The notes below the pieces were generated by a model. That model was not told where the DNA came from. It saw nothing but the letters and a program-made list of their open reading frames with translations, and made no database searches. 34,345 bases of DNA from an uncultured Bacilli bacterium (GTDB lineage Bacteria > Bacillota_I > Bacilli_A > RF39 > UBA660), in NCBI GenBank assembly GCA_947628375.1, contig CANQZQ010000003.1, positions 1 to 34,345 of the forward strand, read 5' to 3'. The translations under genes and the position numbers were made by a program. This document shows positions 24,773-34,345 of this stretch, one piece after another (the first letter of the stretch is position 1; every line of letters starts with the position of its first letter).

Positions 24773-26363
24773 ATGGAAAGACAAAATATTGTTCGCTCGG
24801 GGGGGGGTATTAAAAAGTAAATTAAAAGTTTTATGGGCCGTAATACTCGTAACACTTTTAATTGGAAGCCTGGGAATAAGTTATGCTTATTTTAATGCAG
24901 TAGATAGTAATAAAAGAACAGCAAATGTTATTTTAAAAGGTAAGACAGGATGTATAGATGTAAGCTTAACTGAAAACGAAGTAGAATTGCAATATAATTA
25001 TCCAATAACAGATGAATATGCCATAGATAATGTTAAACCAATAACAATAACAATAAAAAATAATTGTAGTACAGATGATGTCGATTATAGTTTAGTAATA
25101 ACAACATTATCAAATTATGAAGATGAAGATGAAAATAATCCAAATATACCAGCCAGTAAAATAAAGACAAAGATTGATAAGAATAATGAAACATTAATAG
25201 AAACTAATTTTTTAAATGAAATAAATAAATTAAAAGATAATACAACAACCAAGACATTAATAGATAACAAATTAAATAATATGAATGAGACAAAAGGATA
25301 TAGTCATAAAAATACATATGTAATAGATAAAGAAAAGATAACAAAAAATGATACAATAACATATGAGATATATATGTGGATAGATTACAATGAAGGGGGT
25401 ATAAATAATTCAACCAAGGGAAAGACATTTAAAAATATAATAAGTGTAGTAGTAAATAATCCAGAGGACAGTGTAAAAGCAGGAGTTGAACTAAATGCAA
25501 TGGAATATGTACTTGCTCAAAAACCAAATGGGCTAAGTGAAAAGCTACTAGGAGACATGTATAGATTTGTTGGGACTAAAGCAGATGTAAATAATTATAT
25601 ATGTTTTGGAACAACAAATAAAGATGAATGTACTGAGACAAGTGATTATATGTACAGAATAATAGGAATAACACAAGATGGAAAAATGAAGTTAATTAAA
25701 AATACAGCTATAAGGGAGGAAACCTTATATCAATATTACTGGCATAGTGACTTGAGAGCTGGAGCGACGTGGGAAGATTCTGATATATTTAAAAGATTGA
25801 ATGGTAATGATGTTAATCAATCTGGATCCTCTAATTTATTTATAGATAGTAAAACGAGTAATGTACAATATATAACGACTGGAAACAATTGGTATAACAA
25901 GATAGAGGACCACACCTGGAAATATGGTGATGTACCGAGTATAGATACTGATGCTGATAGTGTATATAGTATAGAGAGTAAGTTTGCTGATGTCATTCAA
26001 GCAAAGGTTGGATTAATATATGTAAGTGATTATTACTATTCGTATAGTATTTCGGGAAAAGATTCATCAGATACAAATTGCAATTACGCTGATCATTCTG
26101 TGAGATGTATTAATAGTTGGATGCATATAAGTAATAATGGAAAAACTGATGATTATCAAGTTGAATGGACAATGGATCGATTTGGTAAAAACTACAATTT
26201 TAATTACGTGACATATTTCATATCTGATAACGGAAGTGCTAGTGCTAATGAAAATGTATTGTACTCCAATGACTCCGTTCGCCCGGTCTTCTATCTGAAC
26301 TCTGATATTACATTATCTGGAGGGATTGGTAGTTTATCAGATCCATTTATAGTTGAAAAATAA
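24773..26363 (+). CDS. Exported protein with SipW-type signal and C-terminal DUF6273/C-lectin-like domain; out of frame at a G9 tract (putative phase-OFF)
   Basis: AGAGGA SD + ATG 24773 reads MERQNIVRSGGGIKK*; G8 would fuse it to the long frame (529 aa). LGISYAYF; C-terminal domain paralogous to 7056-9275. Confidence 0.8.
24799..24807 (+). repeat. G9 homopolymer (slipped-strand switch)
   Basis: cgctcGGGGGGGGGtatt; longest G run I saw in the window. Confidence 0.9.
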
Positions 26364-26375
26364 GTAATTTATTAT

Positions 26376-26408
26376 AAAAATAGTTTTGAAATAGGAAACT
26401 ATTTTTTT
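26376..26408 (+). terminator. Intrinsic terminator
   Basis: AAAAATAGTTT ... AAACTATTTTTTT. Confidence 0.6.
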
Positions 26409-26438
26409 AAATTTAAAAAATTAAAAAATTTTTAAAAA

Positions 26439-26466
26439 TTAGCACTCATATATTGACAAGTGCTAA
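26439..26466. promoter_or_regulatory. CIRCE-like element 1 (10-nt spacer) over the -35
   Basis: TTAGCACTC-N10-AAGTGCTAA. Confidence 0.75.
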
Positions 26467-26481
26467 GCATAATATTATAAT
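26453..26481 (+). promoter_or_regulatory. Consensus sigmaA promoter of the hrcA operon
   Basis: TTGACA (26453-26458), 17 bp, TATAAT (26476-26481). Confidence 0.9.
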
Positions 26482-26485
26482 GATA

Positions 26486-26512
26486 TTAGCATTCAAAAAA
26501 GAGGAGTGCTAA
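26486..26512. promoter_or_regulatory. CIRCE element 2
   Basis: TTAGCATTC-N9-GAGTGCTAA. Confidence 0.92.
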
Positions 26513-26534
26513 TATTAAGAAAGCGGGTGATATA

Positions 26535-27537
26535 TTGATAATGGATGATCGTAAAAAAGCATTACTTAAAGAAATAGTTGAAACTTACGTTAAAACTGTT
26601 AAGCCTGTGGGTAGTAATTCTTTGTGCAAAAAGTTAAAATGTTCAAGCGCAACCATAAGAAATGAAATGGTTATGTTAGAAAATATGGGATATATCGAAA
26701 AAAATCATATCTCCAGTGGCCGAATACCCAGTGAAAAAGGTTATAAATATTATGTAGAACATTTAATGAAGCCTAAAGATTTAACTGGTGAAGATATGTT
26801 AAAACTTCAAACAATATTTTCTAATCATGATTTAAAAGTTAATGACGCTGTTACTAAATGTATGGAAATAATTAGTGATTTAACAAATTATACTTCCGTA
26901 GTATTAGGTAAAAGTAGCAGTGATAATTTACTTAAGCAAATTAATATAATTGCTTTAGATGAAGAAAGAATAGTTGCAGTAGTTTGTACTGATAAAGGAG
27001 TTGTGGAAAACAAACAATTTATCTTAGAAAAAAATACCGATATTAATGAAATAGTTAAAACTGGGGAAATGATTAATAAAATGTTAGTAGGTACCCCAAT
27101 TGATAAAGTATCAGAAAAACTCGAATTTGAAATAAAACCAATTATTGCCAAGAAGATTAAAGATTATGAAACAGTTTATAATATTTTCTATGATGCTTTT
27201 AATGATTTTTTACATCATAATACCAATATTCATGTATCAGGCCGTGTCAATCTACTAAAAGAACCAGAATATGATGATGCCACAAGTATCAAAAGAATAG
27301 CTTCAAAATTAGAAGATGATTCTTTTAAAGAAATGGTAAGTAAAATTGATGGTGGCGAAGATTTAAAAATTTATATCGGCGAAGAAAGCAACTTTGATGA
27401 TAATGTTACGGTTATAAAACGCAAATATAAATCTAATGGTGAAGAAGGAACAATTGCCATTATTGGTCCAAAGAGAATGGAATATGAGAGAGTTGTTTCC
27501 CTTCTAAATTATATGGTAGATAAGATAGAGGAAAAAG

Positions 27538-27554
<17 letters not shown>
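26535..27554 (+). CDS. hrcA: Heat-inducible transcription repressor HrcA (start may be ATG 26541)
   Basis: PVGS, SSATIRNEM, HISSGRIPSEKGYKYYV, IIGPKRMEY. Confidence 0.96.
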
Positions 27555-29893
<2,339 letters not shown>

Positions 29894-29895
29894 TA

Positions 29896-29923
29896 AAAGG
29901 AAGAGAAATAATCCTCTTCTTTT
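29896..29923 (+). terminator. Terminator/attenuating hairpin after dnaK
   Basis: AAAGGAAGAG ... CTCTTCTTTT. Confidence 0.7.
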
Positions 29924-29941
29924 GCTGTTAGGAAAGGTAAT

Positions 29942-31744
29942 ATGGCAAAAAATAGAGAAGAATTTAATGATAAATATAAGTGGAATACTAAAGATATTTA
30001 TAAAAGTGATGAACTTTGTTTAAAAGATATTAAATACTTAGAAAAAAAGATTAAAGAATATCGAAAATTTAAGGATCATATATTAGATAGCAGTGATAAT
30101 TTATTAAAATTATTAGAGCTTGATACTAATATAGGTATTAAATTAGAACAAGTATTTATTTATGCTCATATCAATAATGATGCTGATACTTTAAATCAAA
30201 GTTATCAAGAATTATTTGGCCAAGCTAAAAATTTATACAGTAAATATTTAGAAGAATCTGCTTATATTGTTCCCGAACTTTTAAAAAGTGATGAAAAAAT
30301 AGTTTTAAATTATATAAAAGAAAATAAGAGCCTAAAAGAATATAGTCGAGTTTTAAAAAATATTTATAGAACAAAAAAACATGTTCTAAGTAGTGAAGTT
30401 GAAGCTTCATTAGGGGCATTTGCTAAATTAATGGATGCCCCTGATGAAATTATGTCTTCGATGTCTGATAGTGATTTTAGATTTGATAATATAGTAGTAG
30501 ATGGTAAGAGTGTTGAACTTACTGAAAGCAATTATTCTGTTTTTATCAGAAGTAATGATAGAGAAGTAAGAAAGCAAGCTTTTGAATCCCTATATAAAAC
30601 TTATAGTAGTTTTAAAACTACCATTGCCACCATTTTACGTAATGAAGTTGAAAAAAGTGTGGCTAATGCCAAAATTAGAAAATATAAAAATACTTTAGAG
30701 GCATCTTTATTTCATGATGAAATAAAGCCTCAAGTTTACCATAATTTAATTAATTCTGTCCATAATAATTTAGAAACTTTATATAAATATTGGCGTTTAA
30801 AGAAAAAATTATTAAATATTAAAGATTTACATTTATATGATACTTATGCTGAACTTGAAACTAAAGATAATGGTAAAAAATATACTTTTGAAGAAGCTAG
30901 AGATTTAGTTTTAGAAATTGTTAAACCTTTAGGTGATAACTATGTAAAAGATTTAACTACTTCTTTTACTAATGGTTGGATTGATTCATGTAATAATAAA
31001 GGTAAAAGGGGAGGAGCTTATTGTACAGCTTGTTATAGTACTCATCCTTATGTTTTATTAAGCTTTGAAGGAAATTTAAATGATGTTTCTACATTAGCTC
31101 ATGAACTTGGTCATGCGATGCATTATTACTATGCTATAAAAAATCAAAGTTATGTTGATTATGGCTATAGTATATTTGTTGCTGAAGTGGCAAGTCAAGT
31201 TAATGAAATCCTTTTATCTCGTTATTTAATGGATCATACTAATGATAAAAATGAAAAACTAAAAATTATTGATGATTTGCTTCAAAAATATAAAGCTAGT
31301 ATTTTTAGACAAACTATGTTTGCTGAATTTGAGCTTTACATTCATGAATATGCTGAGGCTGGTGGTATTTTAACTAGTGATGTCATGAATAATAAATATT
31401 ATGAATTAAATAAGCTTTATTTTGGCAAAGATGTGATAGTAGATGATGAAATTAAATATGAATGGGAAAGAATACCACATTTTTATATGAATTATTATGT
31501 ATATCAATATGCAACTGGTTTTGCTGCAGCGATTAATATTGCCAATAAAATTTATGAAGGCGATGAAAAAGCGCAAAAAGATTATCTAGCTTTCTTAAAA
31601 TTAGGTTGTACTAAAAATCCAATTGATTCTTTAAAATTAGCTGGTGTTGATATGGAAAGCGAAGAAGTCATGAATTATGCTATAAAATTTATGGAAAAGC
31701 TTATAAAGGAATATGATAAACTACAAGGAAGTGAAAAATATTGA
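29942..31744 (+). CDS. pepF: Oligoendopeptidase F (M3B)
   Basis: [42 protein letters not shown]. Confidence 0.95.
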   Translation: MAKNREEFNDKYKWNTKDIYKSDELCLKDIKYLEKKIKEYRKFKDHILDSSDNLLKLLELDTNIGIKLEQVFIYAHINNDADTLNQSYQELFGQAKNLYSKYLEESAYIVPELLKSDEKIVLNYIKENKSLKEYSRVLKNIYRTKKHVLSSEVEASLGAFAKLMDAPDEIMSSMSDSDFRFDNIVVDGKSVELTESNYSVFIRSNDREVRKQAFESLYKTYSSFKTTIATILRNEVEKSVANAKIRKYKNTLEASLFHDEIKPQVYHNLINSVHNNLETLYKYWRLKKKLLNIKDLHLYDTYAELETKDNGKKYTFEEARDLVLEIVKPLGDNYVKDLTTSFTNGWIDSCNNKGKRGGAYCTACYSTHPYVLLSFEGNLNDVSTLAHELGHAMHYYYAIKNQSYVDYGYSIFVAEVASQVNEILLSRYLMDHTNDKNEKLKIIDDLLQKYKASIFRQTMFAEFELYIHEYAEAGGILTSDVMNNKYYELNKLYFGKDVIVDDEIKYEWERIPHFYMNYYVYQYATGFAAAINIANKIYEGDEKAQKDYLAFLKLGCTKNPIDSLKLAGVDMESEEVMNYAIKFMEKLIKEYDKLQGSEKY

Positions 31745-32874
31745 ATAAAAAAGATTATTATGAAATACTTGGTGTTTCAAAAAATGCAACAGATGAAGAA
31801 ATTAAAAGAGCCTTTAGAGTTTTAGCTAAAAAATACCATCCTGATGTTAATAAAGAAGAAGGAGCAGCTGAAAAGTTTAAAGAAATAGGTGAAGCTTATG
31901 CCGTTTTATCTGATAAAAATAAAAGAGCTCAATATGATCAATTTGGTCATGCAGCTTTTGAAAATGGCGGTCCATCTTCGGGATTTGATATGGGTGATAT
32001 TGATCTTGAAGACATATTATCGGACCTTTTTGGTGGCAGTTTCAGAGGTGGCTTTAGTAGTTTTACTGATGCCTTTACTGGCTTTGGTGGCGGAAGAAGA
32101 ACTTCCAGGGCAACCCGTGGCGAAGACTTAATAATGCGCATTAAATTATCTTTTGAAGAAGCTATCAATGGCTGTAAAAAAGATATTAAAGTAAATGTCA
32201 ACGAAGAGTGTAGTGAATGTCAAGGTAAGGGCGGCCATGGCGAAGTTAAATGTCCAACTTGTAATGGTCTTGGCGTAATTAAAGAAGAGCAAAGAAGTCT
32301 TTTTGGAATTATGCAAACTCAAAAAACTTGTCCTGAATGTCGCGGCTCTGGTAGAACTTTTAAGGAAATATGTAACTCTTGTGGTGGAACTGGGAGAGTT
32401 AGAAAAAATAAGACTTTAGAAGTTGATATACCTGCTGGTGTCTTTAGTGGTAGCCAATTAAGATTATCAGGTAAAGGAGGTGCTGGTATAAATGGTGGTG
32501 CTAATGGCGATTTATATTTAGAATTTGAAGTAGAAGAACATGAATTCTTTGAAAGAGAAAATAATGATATATATCTAGAAGTTCCAATTACCATCACTGA
32601 TGCTGCTTTAGGCTGTAGAAAAGAAATTCCCACTTTAACTGGTAACGGCTATATTGAAATTAAACCAGGAACCCAAAATTATACTAAATTAAAATTAAAA
32701 GGCAAGGGAGTAAAAGCAATAAATAGCAATAGTTATGGCGATATGTATGTAGTTATCAATATTATAACTCCAACAAAACTTACTAAAAAACAAAAAGATT
32801 TATTAGAGGAATTAAGTAAAACTGATTTAGATAGTGAGCCAGAATTTAAAGAATTTAATAAAGCCTTAAAATAA
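31741..32874 (+). CDS. dnaJ: Chaperone DnaJ
   Basis: [13 protein letters not shown] region, four CxxCxGxG repeats; TTG start overlapping pepF TGA. Confidence 0.97.
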   Translation: MNKKDYYEILGVSKNATDEEIKRAFRVLAKKYHPDVNKEEGAAEKFKEIGEAYAVLSDKNKRAQYDQFGHAAFENGGPSSGFDMGDIDLEDILSDLFGGSFRGGFSSFTDAFTGFGGGRRTSRATRGEDLIMRIKLSFEEAINGCKKDIKVNVNEECSECQGKGGHGEVKCPTCNGLGVIKEEQRSLFGIMQTQKTCPECRGSGRTFKEICNSCGGTGRVRKNKTLEVDIPAGVFSGSQLRLSGKGGAGINGGANGDLYLEFEVEEHEFFERENNDIYLEVPITITDAALGCRKEIPTLTGNGYIEIKPGTQNYTKLKLKGKGVKAINSNSYGDMYVVINIITPTKLTKKQKDLLEELSKTDLDSEPEFKEFNKALK

Positions 32875-32880
32875 AAGAAA

Positions 32881-32916
32881 CTTATTTTTACTAGCTAAGT
32901 AAAGATAAGCTTTTTT
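32881..32916 (+). terminator. Intrinsic terminator after dnaJ
   Basis: CTTATTTTTAC ... GTAAAGATAAG then CTTTTTT. Confidence 0.65.
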
Positions 32917-32946
32917 ATTGATCTTATCGCTAGTACCTAGAAAAAA

Positions 32947-32975
32947 TTGACAATATTTTTAACTTTTAATATAAT
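32947..32975 (+). promoter_or_regulatory. Consensus sigmaA promoter
   Basis: TTGACA (32947-32952), 17 bp, TATAAT (32970-32975). Confidence 0.85.
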
Positions 32976-32996
32976 GTATATAAAGGTTGTGCGAAA

Positions 32997-34235
32997 ATGA
33001 AAGAACCTATTCTAGTTAAATTAAAAATGAAAAAAAGATATAAATCAATACTGGCTATTTTAGGAATTTTAATATTAACTATCTTAGTAGTAGGAATTAT
33101 CTATCTTTTTTATGATAAAGTTTTAAATGTGCCTGTGGAAGTAAATGGTGTTTTATCAATTAATTACGTTGATGGTAAAAAAATAAATACTGATTCAAAA
33201 AAAACTATTAAGTTTTCTGTAACTAATGAAAGTGATAATGTTGCTTACTATTATTTATCTTTTAATAATATTAATGGAAAAGGAAGTTATAGTCTTAATT
33301 ATAATGATTCAGTTATTATGGAAGGTAGTTTAGATGAAGAAAATACCTCTACTAATTATATAAGCCTTGATGCTAAAGAAACTAAAGATTATATTTTAAA
33401 AGTTAATGCTGATAATAAAATAAAAGGAAATATTAATGTAGAAATACCAAGTGGTACTATTTTTACTTTTGCAGATACTATACTTAAAAATACTCCTCCA
33501 GTAAACAATTCTATAACTAAGGTTGGTGAGGAAGCCGCTACTAAAGACGAAGGATTAATTAAATCTAGCGATGATTTAGGAATTTCTTATTATTATCGTG
33601 GTAATGTAGTCAATAATTATGTTAATTTTGCCGATAAAACTTGGCGGATTGTAAGAATTAATGGTGATGGTACAACTAGATTAGTTTTAGATGATGCCAT
33701 TAATGATGTTGGTAGTTACTATACTGATGAAGATGAATCTTTTGAATTTAAAAATGTTAGTATGTCATCTTTTTTAAGTGATTGGTTTCAAAATAATTTA
33801 AAAGAAAAAGAAAAATATATAGCTAATACTAAATTTTGCAGTGATATTGTTAAAGATAATGCCAATAATTATATAGCTTATACAAGAATAATGACTAATA
33901 AAATTCCAACTCTTAATTGTTTAGGTGAATTATTTAGTAGTAATATTGGTCTTTTAACTATCGACGAAGTAATTTTAGCTGGTGCATCTCCAATTAATAG
34001 TAATAATAGTTTTTATCTTTATAATAGTTCTCTTAATGAACCGTGGTACACCATGAGTGGTGCAAAAGGAAATGATAAAAATATTTATATGTTTATGATT
34101 GGCACAAATGGCAGTGTAGTTACTAATGTTGAAGGAAATTTATATCGCAAAGTAAGACCCGTAATTAATTTAATAAAAAATATTGAAGTTTCTGGCGATG
34201 GTACTAAAACAAATCCATATACAATTATAGAATAA
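32997..34235 (+). CDS. Membrane-anchored protein with C-terminal DUF6273/C-lectin-like domain (distant paralog of 7056-9275 and 24773-26363)
   Basis: N-terminal TM; YYYRG..NNYVNF...WRIVRINGDG, IGLLTIDE, WYTMS, VRPVINL, GDGTKTNPY. Confidence 0.75.
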   Translation: MKEPILVKLKMKKRYKSILAILGILILTILVVGIIYLFYDKVLNVPVEVNGVLSINYVDGKKINTDSKKTIKFSVTNESDNVAYYYLSFNNINGKGSYSLNYNDSVIMEGSLDEENTSTNYISLDAKETKDYILKVNADNKIKGNINVEIPSGTIFTFADTILKNTPPVNNSITKVGEEAATKDEGLIKSSDDLGISYYYRGNVVNNYVNFADKTWRIVRINGDGTTRLVLDDAINDVGSYYTDEDESFEFKNVSMSSFLSDWFQNNLKEKEKYIANTKFCSDIVKDNANNYIAYTRIMTNKIPTLNCLGELFSSNIGLLTIDEVILAGASPINSNNSFYLYNSSLNEPWYTMSGAKGNDKNIYMFMIGTNGSVVTNVEGNLYRKVRPVINLIKNIEVSGDGTKTNPYTIIE

Positions 34236-34253
34236 AAGCCTTTGGGCTTTTTT
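34234..34253 (+). terminator. Intrinsic terminator
   Basis: AAAAGCC-TTTG-GGCTTTTTT. Confidence 0.85.
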
Positions 34254-34345
34254 AATTCATAAAAATCAGATTGAATTAAATTAGAAATTCCCGAAGGTAA
34301 TAAAAAAATGAATTATAGAAGTAAAATCCCATATTAATTGGGATT

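Noticed and set aside
34325-34345. AATCCCA/TGGGATT hairpin at window edge
   Set aside because: Truncated context; probably a terminator of a neighbouring gene, cannot be assigned.

Overview
AT-rich chromosomal window from a reduced-genome Bacilli-like organism (gene order resembles B. subtilis; TGA is used as stop, so code 11; an RF39-type lineage is my inference). The backbone is housekeeping: dnaG-sigA-trmK; ireB-ruvX-DUF1292-mltG-O-methyltransferase-two U32-greA; tig-lon; and hrcA-grpE-dnaK-pepF-dnaJ behind two CIRCE elements. It also has sporulation-type genes (spoIIM-, spoVID-, ysxE-, yqfQ-like), a degenerate rnfC/rnfD pair, pilC/pilD, a relB antitoxin with a dead yafQ toxin and an Rpn remnant. 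The most interesting signal is a dispersed family of three exported proteins (7056-9275, 24773-26363, 32997-34235) sharing a C-terminal WRI/YRI...IGL...W.M...VRP..YL...G...DPF domain. Two of them look actively diversified: GC-rich, DGR-variable-region-like 3' tips (about 53% GC versus about 21% at the 5' end of the same gene), near-saturated synonymous divergence under nearly identical protein, different N-terminal modules, a G9 slippage switch currently OFF in one, and a dedicated tandem-HTH regulator with operators for the other. No reverse transcriptase or template repeat is in the window, so the mechanism is a hypothesis.
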